Below are positions 27,815-36,556 of a stretch of DNA of 61,497 nucleotides, piece after piece. The notes beneath the pieces were generated by a model. That model was not told the origin of the DNA, ran no database searches, and saw nothing but the letters and a program-made list of their open reading frames with translations. Each line of letters starts with the position of its first letter. The first letter of the stretch is position 1. Source of the stretch: a virus (lineage: Duplodnaviria > Caudoviricetes); the IMG/VR virus record IMGVR_UViG_3300008258_000001, positions 1 through 61,497 of that record. One strand, given 5' to 3'. A program made the translations under genes and the position numbers.

Positions 27815-27885
27815 TCGACCGAATCATTCTCTGGCTCTGCATCGCCCTCTGGCCACTGGCTCTGTGGCTGGCGATCAACACCTGA
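27811..27885 (+). CDS. 24-aa hydrophobic micropeptide MIDRIILWLCIALWPLALWLAINT (not in ORF track)
   Basis: GTGA coupling, AAGGA RBS, single TM composition. Confidence 0.55.
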   Translation: MIDRIILWLCIALWPLALWLAINT

Positions 27886-27891
27886 AACCCC

Positions 27892-27921
27892 GCACAACCT
27901 GACATCCGCGTCAGGTTGTGC
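27892..27921. promoter_or_regulatory. 30-bp palindromic site, copy 4 (perfect)
   Basis: GCACAACCTGAC-ATCCGC-GTCAGGTTGTGC. Confidence 0.85.
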
Positions 27922-27940
27922 ACAACAAAGGAAACAAACC

Positions 27941-28777
27941 ATGTTCGCAATCAGCACCCGAGACCTGCCCACGCTTGGCAGTTATGAATCCGCCCGCATC
28001 CAGTGGGATCGCGGCCACCAGTGGCGCAAGGGAGACCCCAACGTCCGGGCCATCAACGATGGCGGACGGCCGAACCGCAACAAGACCATCGTCAAGTACG
28101 ACGACGGGCGCATCGCTGCCCGCCTGCACAGCACGGACCTTGTGACCTACTACCCCGACGGTCGGGTGGTACTCACCCGGTACGACAGCCAATCCTCCAG
28201 CGAGTTCATCACGGCAGTGTGCCCCTATGGCATGTACGCATCCATGCGCCGGGGCTCGTTGTGGTTCCACTGTCATGAAGGGTGGGTTCAGGCCAATAGC
28301 TATGACCGTGGGCTCACGTTCGTACGCAGCACAGCGGAAGGAGCACCACCTAAGTTTGTCCTCGCACCCGGCGAACTGGTGAACGTGGCAAAACACACCG
28401 TCCTGCACGTAGACCGACGAGCGGCCAAGGCAGCGCGAGAGAAGTTCGTTCCGTTCACACAGTGGGTGACCGCAGTGCACGCACTCAGCGGTAACGACAT
28501 GACCGCCTTACTCGGCGACACCCCGCACGCCGTGACCCGCCACGCAGTGAGCGATGTACACGACGACCCGACCAACGTCGAGATGTTCCCTCGCCTGCTG
28601 CGCCTGCTGTGTGCACAGCGGTACAAGTACGCCAACGACAACGTGGTGGCTGTCCGCATGCTGGACTGGAGATGGCAGGCAAAGCTACAACGCCTTGTCT
28701 ACAAGGAGTTCCACTGCTTCACTGAAAAGGAGATCCCGCTCGGGGAGTTGCCCCCCGTTGATCGCTGGAGGAAGTAA
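27941..28777 (+). CDS. Hypothetical early protein (278 aa)
   Basis: AAGGA RBS; RLHSTDLVTYYPDG motif. Confidence 0.8.
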   Translation: MFAISTRDLPTLGSYESARIQWDRGHQWRKGDPNVRAINDGGRPNRNKTIVKYDDGRIAARLHSTDLVTYYPDGRVVLTRYDSQSSSEFITAVCPYGMYASMRRGSLWFHCHEGWVQANSYDRGLTFVRSTAEGAPPKFVLAPGELVNVAKHTVLHVDRRAAKAAREKFVPFTQWVTAVHALSGNDMTALLGDTPHAVTRHAVSDVHDDPTNVEMFPRLLRLLCAQRYKYANDNVVAVRMLDWRWQAKLQRLVYKEFHCFTEKEIPLGELPPVDRWRK

Positions 28778-28783
28778 ACACAC

Positions 28784-28812
28784 TTGACAAGTGTATTGAT
28801 TTGTATCATAAT
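28784..28812 (+). promoter_or_regulatory. Strong sigma70 promoter P3
   Basis: TTGACA-N17-CATAAT. Confidence 0.8.
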
Positions 28813-28870
28813 GTAGTCTGTTGTCGCAGTTCGCTGACAACGCCTTAGTAATTCACTCGGAGTAATTCAA

Positions 28871-29914
28871 ATGGCAAACTATGCCAGCATCATCTCGCTC
28901 GCTTCGCACGTCCTGAAGAACAACCCCACTCAGGCCATCATGGTCTGGGGCGCGCCGGGTTGCGGCAAGTCTCACCTCGCAACCGAGGGTCTGCCCAAGG
29001 CTCTGGGCATGCTGCCGATGGAACATCCTGACAGCCCGGTCAGAATGTTCCGACCCTCGAACCACGACCCGGTGGATCTGACTGGCCTGCCCATGGTCAC
29101 CGAGACCAGCACCAAGTGGATCACCCCGGCATTCCTGCTGGGGATCAACGAACTGGCCGAGCGGCATGGCAAGGCAATGCTCGTGATCGACGAGTTGAAC
29201 CAAGCAGTGCCGATGATGTTCAACACCCTCAACGGTCTGATCCTCGACCGTCGCATTGCCGAGTTCAAGCTGCACCCCGGTGTGCATATCGTTGCCACTG
29301 GTAACCGACAGACGGACAAGGCAGCGTCCAACCGCATGCCTAGCCACACAGCGAATCGCCTTGCTCACTTCGACATGGAGTCCGACCTCAAAGGCTGGCA
29401 ATCGTGGGCGATCAAGGCGGGCCTGCCCCTGTGGATCGTGTCGTTCCTCGGGTTCCGCCCAAACCTGCTCAACGCGTTCGATGCGGACAAGCGCGAGAAC
29501 CCCACCGAGCGTTCGTGGGAGATGTTCGCCCGTGCTGCTGGTGGCGACCTGCCCTTGGATCTGACCATGACGCTGGCCCAAGGGTTCGTTGGCGAGGGTG
29601 CGGCGGCCGAGGTCGCTGCGTTCCGTCGGGTCGAGGCAGAGATGCCAAACCCTGACGCCTGCCTGCTGTCCCCGAGTACCTCTCCCCTTCCCGATTCCCT
29701 TGCAGCCAAGTACGCCATGGCCGGTGCAATGGCTAACCGCGCAACCAAGCAGAACATCGGTGCTGTGCTTGAGTACATGGGTCGACTAGAAAAGCAGTAC
29801 GAGGTGCTCACCATGCGTAGTGCGTACGTTCGTAAACCCGAGATCACCGCCACCGCTGCGTTCCTCACGTGGGCCGCGCACCCCGACAACGCCCAAGTAT
29901 TCATCGGAGTCTGA
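28871..29914 (+). CDS. MoxR/dynein-related AAA+ ATPase
   Basis: Walker A GAPGCGKS, Walker B LVIDELNQA, IVATGNR, ANRLAH, PTERSWE. Confidence 0.88.
   Translation: MANYASIISLASHVLKNNPTQAIMVWGAPGCGKSHLATEGLPKALGMLPMEHPDSPVRMFRPSNHDPVDLTGLPMVTETSTKWITPAFLLGINELAERHGKAMLVIDELNQAVPMMFNTLNGLILDRRIAEFKLHPGVHIVATGNRQTDKAASNRMPSHTANRLAHFDMESDLKGWQSWAIKAGLPLWIVSFLGFRPNLLNAFDADKRENPTERSWEMFARAAGGDLPLDLTMTLAQGFVGEGAAAEVAAFRRVEAEMPNPDACLLSPSTSPLPDSLAAKYAMAGAMANRATKQNIGAVLEYMGRLEKQYEVLTMRSAYVRKPEITATAAFLTWAAHPDNAQVFIGV
29021..29050. promoter_or_regulatory. 30-bp palindromic site, copy 5 (inside the AAA ATPase CDS)
   Basis: GAACATCCTGAC-AGCCCG-GTCAGAATGTTC. Confidence 0.75.
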
Positions 29915-29915
29915 C

Positions 29916-31094
29916 ATGAACCACGAAACCAAGGTCAAACTGGCAATGAGCCAGATGGTGCTCAAGGCACCCTTCTTCGCCTACCTCACGTTGCAGCGCC
30001 CGGTCACGTTCACCGAGACCATGACCAAGACGGCAGGGGCCGACGCGCGAGGTCGCATCTACATCAACCCGACGTTCATCAAGGATCGCAGCGTGGACGA
30101 GGTGGTGTTCCTGCTGGCGCATGAGGCAATGCACGTTGCGTTCCTACACTGTCACCCGAGTACGGCGCAGGGTCGAGACCAGCGGGCGTGCAACATCGCC
30201 ATGGACAAGGTGATCAACGAGACCCTCATCGCCGAGCGACTCGGCGAGTTCATCGAGGGTGGGCAGCGGCACGCCGGTGCTGAGAAGATGACGTGGGAGC
30301 AGTTGTACGTCGACCCGCCCGAGGACGATGGAGGTGGCGGCGGTGGGTCCGGTGGTGACTCTGGCTCATCGGAGATGATAGGTCGCTCTGGCGACGTAGG
30401 CGGCATCGGCGACGATTTGTTGCCCTGTCCGGACGGTGAGCCCATCGGTGTTGAGGCCGAGACGCTGCGCGATCAGATGCGTGGTGAACTGGTCAGCGCA
30501 GCCAACGCAGCCAAGATGGTCGGTGCACTGTCGGCAAACATGCAGCGCGTGTTGAAGGACATCATCTTCCCGCCGACACCGTGGCATGCCATCCTCGAAC
30601 GGTTCATGCAGTCGTTCGTGTCCAGCGACTACTCGTGGAAGCGGCCCAACCGTCGTTTCGTGGGGCAAGGCATCTATCTGCCATCGCTCGACAAGCAGCC
30701 GCGCATGGGCAAGATCGGACTCATCGCCGACACCTCGGGCTCTATCGGTCAGCGCGAGGCCGACGCGTTCAACGGACACTTCAACCGCATCATCGAGACC
30801 TGCATGCCCGAGGAAGTCATCGTGCTGTCTGTCGACAGCGAGGTGTGCGGTGTGCAGCGTTTCGAGCCCGACGACTTCCCCGTCAAGTGGGACCCCAAGG
30901 GTGGCGGAGGTACGGACATGCGAGAGGGTTGGGCGTGGTTCGACAAGAACGAGACCGACCTCGACTGCATCGTGTGCCTGACCGACGGTCTCACCCCATG
31001 GCCCGACAGCGTGAACACCCCGAGCATCGTTCTGTCCACCACCGACAAAGTTGCGCCTGCTGCCGTGGGCGAGACCGTCCACTTCAAAGTTTAA
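29916..31094 (+). CDS. Metallopeptidase-VWA protein (DUF2201-like)
   Basis: LAHEAMH (HExxH), NIAMD..IN, MIDAS DTSGS, GGGGTD, LTDG. Confidence 0.88.
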   Translation: MNHETKVKLAMSQMVLKAPFFAYLTLQRPVTFTETMTKTAGADARGRIYINPTFIKDRSVDEVVFLLAHEAMHVAFLHCHPSTAQGRDQRACNIAMDKVINETLIAERLGEFIEGGQRHAGAEKMTWEQLYVDPPEDDGGGGGGSGGDSGSSEMIGRSGDVGGIGDDLLPCPDGEPIGVEAETLRDQMRGELVSAANAAKMVGALSANMQRVLKDIIFPPTPWHAILERFMQSFVSSDYSWKRPNRRFVGQGIYLPSLDKQPRMGKIGLIADTSGSIGQREADAFNGHFNRIIETCMPEEVIVLSVDSEVCGVQRFEPDDFPVKWDPKGGGGTDMREGWAWFDKNETDLDCIVCLTDGLTPWPDSVNTPSIVLSTTDKVAPAAVGETVHFKV

Positions 31095-31101
31095 TCACCC
31101 C

Positions 31102-31131
31102 GTACATCCTGACAACCACGTCAGGATGTAC
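31102..31131. promoter_or_regulatory. 30-bp palindromic site, copy 6 (perfect)
   Basis: GTACATCCTGAC-AACCAC-GTCAGGATGTAC. Confidence 0.85.
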
Positions 31132-31153
31132 ACACCAACCGGAGTTACTTACC

Positions 31154-32020
31154 ATGAATCTCAATGACATCAAGATCCCTTCGCTCGCTGAACGTGCCAT
31201 CCTCGTGCGCTTGAAGCGCAGTATGTTCCAGCCCTATGCGTACGACTCGGTGCAGACCACCAAGATCGAGGCCGAGTCCGGCGTGCTCAAGGCAGGCCGG
31301 TTCAACAAGCGCCTGTTCCTCGACTGCTACGAGGTCAAGGACACCAACGCTGCGTTCAACGACGTGTACAAGTACGTTCAGCGCAGCACGACCCCGTGGC
31401 TGGATGATGGCGTGCGTATGCTGCCGAGCGCCATGTACTTCGACTTCACTGCCGGAGTGCGGGAACTCATCGCCGTTGCCAAGCGCAAGGTGGACAACCT
31501 CGCGCCCAAGTGGGACACGCTTGTTGCACAAGACCTCGCTCGTCTCAAGCACCTCGGCGACCCGAAGGACTACCCCACCGACATCCGTGCGCGGTACGAC
31601 ATCGGGCTCAAGTTCCTGCCTGTGCCTACGGTCAACGACTTCCGCGTGGAGATCAGCGACGACGACCGTGCATCACTCGACTCCGCTATCCGCGAGGCCG
31701 AGGAGGGCATCACTAAGTACCTCGTGTCCGAGTTGCTTCAGCCAATCAAAAAGGCGGCCGAGAAGCTGGCCGTGCCCATCGGTCACGATGGTTCGTTCTT
31801 CCACGACTCGTTGTTCAACAACATCACGGAGATGGTCGAGCGCGCCAAGAAACTCAACATCATGGACGACCCCACGGTGTCGGCACTGGTGACCGACATC
31901 GAGCGCAACGTGGGTAAGTACGCCCTCGCACCTGACTTGGTGCGCGAGGACATCGGTGCGCGCAATACGGCGCAGTCCGAACTCGAAGCGATCATGTCCA
32001 AGATGGCCGGTCTTTTCTGA
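31154..32020 (+). CDS. DUF3150-like protein (288 aa)
   Basis: AGRFNKRL, TTPWLDDGVRMLP, DYPT, PVPTVNDFRV; typical partner of AAA/VWA; GGAG RBS. Confidence 0.7.
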   Translation: MNLNDIKIPSLAERAILVRLKRSMFQPYAYDSVQTTKIEAESGVLKAGRFNKRLFLDCYEVKDTNAAFNDVYKYVQRSTTPWLDDGVRMLPSAMYFDFTAGVRELIAVAKRKVDNLAPKWDTLVAQDLARLKHLGDPKDYPTDIRARYDIGLKFLPVPTVNDFRVEISDDDRASLDSAIREAEEGITKYLVSELLQPIKKAAEKLAVPIGHDGSFFHDSLFNNITEMVERAKKLNIMDDPTVSALVTDIERNVGKYALAPDLVREDIGARNTAQSELEAIMSKMAGLF

Positions 32021-32033
32021 TCAGGAGTAAACC

Positions 32034-32684
32034 ATGACAGTGTTATTTACTAAACAGTTCTGGTCGGACACCAGCAACTTGCTTACCGCATACGCCCGAG
32101 AGGAAACCGCCGAGCATAAGTTCGACAAATCAGATGTACACGTCGACGCTGCCCCGCTGGCCGAACGCATCATGTGGGGTGAGCACTACCACCTCAAGGA
32201 GGTCATGCCGTTGACGTGGCAAAAGCGTATCACTTTGTTCGACTATAAGTTTGTTTACGCTGACAACGCCGATCACGTCCGGTTGAGACTGAACAAGGGA
32301 GCCGCTGTTTATTTCCCGCCGTACGTTGTCTCCGGCTTGCCTGACGTAGGTGTAATGGTGAACGATCATCTGCCAGTCGAACAGGAGTACGCCAACGAGG
32401 TAGCCATCCTCAAGGCCCGGTATCAAGATTTCGCCAAGAGGGTAGAAATTAGCAAGAAGTGGGACTCTGTGTATCACCGTCTGCGCTTGGTGTTCGCGGG
32501 GTATCGTTCTCTCAGCGGCGCGTGTGCGGCGCACCCCGAACTGAAGGTGCTTATCCCCAACGAGTATCTTTCCAAGCTCACCATACCCAAGCGAGTGCCA
32601 AGCCGAGTGGGTTCACAGGAATATGTGAACGAGCTTGTTGCCGCTGCCGTTGAAGCCAAACTACGAAGGATGAACAAGTCATGA
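32034..32684 (+). CDS. Hypothetical protein, possibly Nmad5-like (216 aa)
   Basis: AGGAG RBS; C-terminal SL..AC.AHPELKVLIP; family assignment weak. Confidence 0.6.
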   Translation: MTVLFTKQFWSDTSNLLTAYAREETAEHKFDKSDVHVDAAPLAERIMWGEHYHLKEVMPLTWQKRITLFDYKFVYADNADHVRLRLNKGAAVYFPPYVVSGLPDVGVMVNDHLPVEQEYANEVAILKARYQDFAKRVEISKKWDSVYHRLRLVFAGYRSLSGACAAHPELKVLIPNEYLSKLTIPKRVPSRVGSQEYVNELVAAAVEAKLRRMNKS

Positions 32685-32821
32685 ACCCCGACAGCATCGA
32701 AGCCCGCCTGAAGCGTATCGAGACGACACTGTATCTGTTGTGCCGTCACCTCGGTCTCGACCCTCGCACCAACGAGCGGTTGGCTGACCATCCACCCGCG
32801 CCACCCAAGCACGAGCGCTAA
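32681..32821 (+). CDS. Hypothetical protein (46 aa, MNPDSIEARLKRIETTLYLLCRHLGLDP...)
   Basis: ATGA coupling; not in ORF track. Confidence 0.6.
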   Translation: MNPDSIEARLKRIETTLYLLCRHLGLDPRTNERLADHPPAPPKHER

Positions 32822-32828
32822 CATGAGA

Positions 32829-32858
32829 GCACAACCTGACAAGCGCGTCAGGTTGTGC
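32829..32858. promoter_or_regulatory. 30-bp palindromic site, copy 7 (perfect)
   Basis: GCACAACCTGAC-AAGCGC-GTCAGGTTGTGC. Confidence 0.85.
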
Positions 32859-32900
32859 GTTGACTCCGATCGTTCACCAACGTAAATTTAAGGGACTCAG

Positions 32901-33062
32901 ATGAAAACAGAAATGCTGCGCCGCGCCCGTAAGAACTGGTTCGTGGCTGGCGTACCAACGCAGACCAGCCGCTCCAACATGCGCAAGTGGGTCAAGGCGG
33001 TTCGTGTGCTTGGCGACAAGTGGATTTTGGTTTCTCCGGTGCGCCGAAAGGACTCGGTATGA
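32901..33062 (+). CDS. Small basic protein (53 aa, MKTEMLRRARKNW...WVKAVRVLGDKWIL)
   Basis: AAGGGA RBS; ATGA coupling to the next gene; not in ORF track. Confidence 0.65.
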   Translation: MKTEMLRRARKNWFVAGVPTQTSRSNMRKWVKAVRVLGDKWILVSPVRRKDSV

Positions 33063-33316
33063 TAGGTCCCAAGCACGTTCGAGCGCGTGCAAACATGGCT
33101 GAGGTGGCTGCCCAACTGATCCATGACTTCCGAGTTCTTCGTGAAGCGTTGGGCCCAGACATGAGCCCGGAGGTCGATGAAGCACTGGCTGGCGTCGAGA
33201 CGCACTGCGCAGTGTCCATCCGTGTGATGGCGAAAACAAACCCGTCAAAGATTCGGGACGCGGCCATGGCCGAAGAAATCAAAGCCCGCATAGAAGGGCG
33301 AGAGGTGATCGAATGA
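33059..33316 (+). CDS. Hypothetical protein (85 aa)
   Basis: ATGA coupling on both sides. Confidence 0.65.
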   Translation: MIGPKHVRARANMAEVAAQLIHDFRVLREALGPDMSPEVDEALAGVETHCAVSIRVMAKTNPSKIRDAAMAEEIKARIEGREVIE

Positions 33317-33474
33317 ATTACGAAGCGACTGTGTACAAACCTTGCGGCAACAAATGCGGCACGTGCAAACCATGCAAAGCGTTTGCCAAGGTTCTCAAAG
33401 AGATTAACTTGACTACGCGCTCCAAGTACGAGCGCGCACAACAAGCACAAGCGGAACTGCGGAGAGACCGATGA
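33313..33474 (+). CDS. Cys-rich small protein (53 aa, CGNKCGTCKPC)
   Basis: GAGG RBS; ATGA coupling; not in ORF track. Confidence 0.6.
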   Translation: MNYEATVYKPCGNKCGTCKPCKAFAKVLKEINLTTRSKYERAQQAQAELRRDR

Positions 33475-33857
33475 CATCAGTAACTATGAGTACCAACGCG
33501 ATTGCCGAGAAACGTATCTTGACCGCAGTAGTGGCGCACGCAGTGAAGGACGCGTGCATTGCTCCCGTGTTACTTGGCAAGGTGGCGGTTCGTCCGCATG
33601 AGGACGCGCAATCGGCCATGAATTTTTTCTTTAATACCAAGCGCAGCGGAATCGACGCGTACGCCATCTGGCTGGAGTTCGACGCCGAGCGGTTCCGCGA
33701 GAAGTTGATCCAAGCATGCTTCGACAATGTTGCCCCCAAGGATCTTCACTTGACCGACGACCAGCGCCGCAACTTCAGGGCCAACTACAAATTGTTCCGC
33801 AACGCGCCTGTTCTCGCAGACGAGTGGACATACGACGAGGAAGAGGAAGAACCATGA
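33471..33857 (+). CDS. Hypothetical protein (128 aa)
   Basis: Coupled ORF; RILTAVVAHAVKDA motif. Confidence 0.7.
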   Translation: MTSVTMSTNAIAEKRILTAVVAHAVKDACIAPVLLGKVAVRPHEDAQSAMNFFFNTKRSGIDAYAIWLEFDAERFREKLIQACFDNVAPKDLHLTDDQRRNFRANYKLFRNAPVLADEWTYDEEEEEP

Positions 33858-34120
33858 TTACTGATGAGAGAAAAGAAGCAATCATCGAGAAAGCAATTAA
33901 GGACAACATCACGATCACCGATCCCAAACTGTATGAGGCGGTGTACGCAGTGGCGATGGATGTGGTCGAGGAAGTTGTTGATCTCGGGTACGAGGATGTG
34001 AAGGTGCTGGGTGAGGCACAAATTGTCCTGCAAGTAATCAAGGACACTGATCCCGGCGTGTACGACGAGATGATCGACAACGTGCTGCGCCTAATCCACA
34101 ACGCACTTCAACTCAAATGA
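33854..34120 (+). CDS. Acidic hypothetical protein (88 aa, MITDERKE...)
   Basis: GAGGA RBS; ATGA coupling. Confidence 0.65.
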   Translation: MITDERKEAIIEKAIKDNITITDPKLYEAVYAVAMDVVEEVVDLGYEDVKVLGEAQIVLQVIKDTDPGVYDEMIDNVLRLIHNALQLK

Positions 34121-34347
34121 ACCTATCACCCCATCAAATCTTCATGCTGAAGATGTTTGAGAAAGGCTGGGGGTTCAAGATGTACAACAGCAAGCGCGGT
34201 TCGTGGATGACGTACTGGTCGCTTCGTACCCGAGGGCTGATTGGCAATGGCCCCACCGTTCACCGTGCTGGCAACCTTGTTGCCGTTGACCGACTGACTG
34301 ACAAAGGCAGGGAAGTTCTTGCCAAGTTAAAGGAGAAAGAGAAATGA
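34117..34347 (+). CDS. Small winged-helix-like hypothetical protein (76 aa)
   Basis: LSPHQ...LRTRGLI...RLTDKGREVL. Confidence 0.6.
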   Translation: MNLSPHQIFMLKMFEKGWGFKMYNSKRGSWMTYWSLRTRGLIGNGPTVHRAGNLVAVDRLTDKGREVLAKLKEKEK

Positions 34348-34586
34348 ACCGAGACGACATCATCCGCATGGCGCGGGAGGCTGGGATAGGAGTTGAAAAA
34401 GACCTAGAAGACTGGCATGTTCCCGTTTGGCATCTCGGGATTGATTACCTCGTCCGCTTCGCCGCCCTTGTCGCTGCCGCCGAGCGCGAGGCGTGTGCGA
34501 AGGTGTGTGATGAAGTTGGAGGGCGAGACAGTGACACTCACGCATGGGATGCAGCCGTCGCCATCCGCGCAAGGAGAGAGAAATGA
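34344..34586 (+). CDS. Modular mini-protein (DDIIRMAREAG...AEREACAKVC...AIRAR)
   Basis: Coupled by linker; shares modules with 34583 and 36553. Confidence 0.75.
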   Translation: MNRDDIIRMAREAGIGVEKDLEDWHVPVWHLGIDYLVRFAALVAAAEREACAKVCDEVGGRDSDTHAWDAAVAIRARREK

Positions 34587-34765
34587 AAGACTGGATCATG
34601 GAACTGTTCCCCGAGATTCCCGAGTGGCAAGCCGATACCATCATCGAGCAAGTTCGTATCAGGGTGAAGTCCGAGCGTGAGGCGTGTGCGAGGGTGTGTG
34701 ACGGATGGACACATGCAGACGGCGATGCTTGCGCTGAAGCCATCCGCGCAAGGGGGGAGAAATGA
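34583..34765 (+). CDS. Modular mini-protein (60 aa, MKDWIMELF...EREACARVC...AIRARGEK)
   Basis: ATG within the linker. Confidence 0.7.
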   Translation: MKDWIMELFPEIPEWQADTIIEQVRIRVKSEREACARVCDGWTHADGDACAEAIRARGEK

Positions 34766-35127
34766 CTAAACAGCAAGTGCAAGTAAAACGTGATGTGCTT
34801 ATTCAAGCGCTGGAGGCGTTGGAAGCCATGAACCCATACCCGGCATCAAAAGAAGATCAAAGGTTCAACGCCATCACCGCCCTCCGCGCCGCACTGGAAG
34901 ATGGTGACAAGTTGTCACCGACTGAGCCGGTGGCGTGGTATCTGCCGTCCCCTGATGGCGACGATTCGATCTTCCGTGACCATCGAACCGTGATGGCCTG
35001 CACGGGCAACAAGTGGGAAGGTTTTGAGCCACTCTACACCGCCCCACCCCAGCGCAAGCCGGTGGTCGATCCAGCAGAGTACGACGATGCTGGGGCAGCA
35101 GAGCGCTACAACAGGGGACTGAAGTGA
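34762..35127 (+). CDS. Modular mini-protein (QALEALE...ALRAALE...EPVAW...PLYTAPP)
   Basis: ATG within the linker. Confidence 0.75.
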   Translation: MTKQQVQVKRDVLIQALEALEAMNPYPASKEDQRFNAITALRAALEDGDKLSPTEPVAWYLPSPDGDDSIFRDHRTVMACTGNKWEGFEPLYTAPPQRKPVVDPAEYDDAGAAERYNRGLK

Positions 35128-35318
35128 TCCGAAAAATTCTTGCATTGTTCGGGCTGCGGGTTGTGTACGTGTCAGATTGGGGATCTCGTTCGCGCCGGTA
35201 CGACAGCATAGACCGACTCATGGGGAGGCCGATCCACAAGCGGATGAGTGTGGCGCCGCCTTGGGCAAGGCTTCGCATCGAACGCGCCAAAGCCATCGGC
35301 GCAAGGGAGAAAAAATGA
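35124..35318 (+). CDS. Basic mini-protein (64 aa)
   Basis: GTGA coupling; ends with AIGAREKK linker. Confidence 0.65.
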   Translation: MIRKILALFGLRVVYVSDWGSRSRRYDSIDRLMGRPIHKRMSVAPPWARLRIERAKAIGAREKK

Positions 35319-35746
35319 CTAAAGACACCGTGCAAGTAAATCGTGATGTACTTGTTCAGGTGCTGGAGGTACTCGTTCGCGCCAGCAGTTACTACGACAC
35401 CTATGCGGAGATTGACGCCCTCCGCGCCGCGCTTGAGCAGCAGACCGAGCCTGTGGCGTGGAGAGCCGTGGGCGGCAGCATCTGGGGGCACAAGGGCAAT
35501 GAAGACGACACTCCTCTTTACGATCACCCACCCCGCCGCGAGTGGCGAGGGCTGACGGAGGAGGAAATTGAATACCCGCACCCGCCAGCAAAGCCGCCTG
35601 TCTACGCAACATCGCAAAATACCAAGGCCGTGCGTGATGGGTTTGTGATGGGCGGGTACGAAAAAGAGCCGGGTTATTACTCGGAAGAACAGCTTGACGA
35701 GTTTGCCCGCGCCGTCGAAGCGTTGCTTAAGGAGAAAAACAAATGA
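35315..35746 (+). CDS. Modular mini-protein (143 aa, MTKDTVQVNRDVL...EPVAW...GLTEEEI...FARAVEALLKEKNK)
   Basis: ATG within the linker; N-terminus paralogous to 34762. Confidence 0.75.
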   Translation: MTKDTVQVNRDVLVQVLEVLVRASSYYDTYAEIDALRAALEQQTEPVAWRAVGGSIWGHKGNEDDTPLYDHPPRREWRGLTEEEIEYPHPPAKPPVYATSQNTKAVRDGFVMGGYEKEPGYYSEEQLDEFARAVEALLKEKNK

Positions 35747-36090
35747 GTGACCTACGAACCCCTGCACAATCAGAGCAAGAGCCTGCTGCGTGGATTCATA
35801 AGTACATCCACGACGCTTTCACTAAGCGTAGACCCGCCGACTTGAATAGGCATCCCGACAGATGGATTCCTCTTTACAAGAACCCCACACCGTGCGAAAC
35901 CTGTCAATCGCTGGCCCGCACTGTGATGATGGATCAAACATCGCACGATAACCCCCCACCTCGCCGCGAATGGCAGGGACTGACGGATGAGGAGATCGTC
36001 AAGTTTGCGGATGAAGTTAGCGGCGAAGAACACTCTGTTGAGGACTTTGCCCGCGCCATCGAGGCCGTTTTAAGGAGCAAGAACAAGTGA
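35743..36090 (+). CDS. Modular mini-protein (EPAAW...CETC...GLTDEEI...FARAIEA)
   Basis: ATG within the linker. Confidence 0.75.
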   Translation: MSDLRTPAQSEQEPAAWIHKYIHDAFTKRRPADLNRHPDRWIPLYKNPTPCETCQSLARTVMMDQTSHDNPPPRREWQGLTDEEIVKFADEVSGEEHSVEDFARAIEAVLRSKNK

Positions 36091-36380
36091 AACGATTTAC
36101 CGCATACCGCAGAAACATTAGCCAGCGTGACACTCACAACGAGATGCAAAAGAACGCAGACCACGAGCCTCAGTTTGAAGGCGTCATCTGGTCCGACGGG
36201 ACTGTCACTTTGCGCTGGCTTACTGCATGTCGATCAACGTCCGTATGGGCAAGTATCAAGGATTGCTTGAATATTCATGGTCACCCTGAATACGGCACAG
36301 AGATTGTCTGGCATGACGCTGAAGCGCCGCAAGAATGGACGGATCAAGTTGAGGCCGCGCTGAAGGAGAAGAACAAGTGA
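36087..36380 (+). CDS. Hypothetical protein (97 aa; FEGVIWSDGTVTLRW...IHGH)
   Basis: GTG within the linker; ends ALKEKNK. Confidence 0.75.
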   Translation: MKRFTAYRRNISQRDTHNEMQKNADHEPQFEGVIWSDGTVTLRWLTACRSTSVWASIKDCLNIHGHPEYGTEIVWHDAEAPQEWTDQVEAALKEKNK

Positions 36381-36556
36381 GCCAAGGCAAAACATATCTG
36401 CTGCAACTTAGTGCTGCGTTACTGGAGCAAGTTATCTACGCATTGATGGCACGAAAGCGAGAGCTTAATAATCGCCCGGATCTAGATTCAGAGATGCTTG
36501 TCCACACGCAAGCTGCGCTTGATGCTGCTCATGCGGTTAAGGAGAAGACCAAGTGA
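36377..36556 (+). CDS. Hypothetical protein (59 aa, MSQGKTYLLQ...AVKEKTK); not in ORF track
   Basis: Open frame running exactly between two linkers. Confidence 0.7.
   Translation: MSQGKTYLLQLSAALLEQVIYALMARKRELNNRPDLDSEMLVHTQAALDAAHAVKEKTK

Noticed and set aside
30581-31153. Long N-terminal extension of the 479-aa ORF, and similar extensions at 29820, 35177, 37289, 40225, 40650 and 45739
   Set aside because: Extensions overlap real upstream genes; downstream ATG/GTG starts with RBS or ATGA coupling fit better.
25582-32858. Palindromic repeats as a CRISPR array
   Set aside because: Copies are hundreds to thousands of bp apart with genes between them; no regular spacers and no cas operon (the Cas4-like gene is a typical phage exonuclease).
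25582-32858. Palindromes as intrinsic terminators or integron attC sites
   Set aside because: No U-tracts, several copies have mismatched arms, one is mid-CDS; no RYYYAAC/GTTRRRY ends and no integrase.
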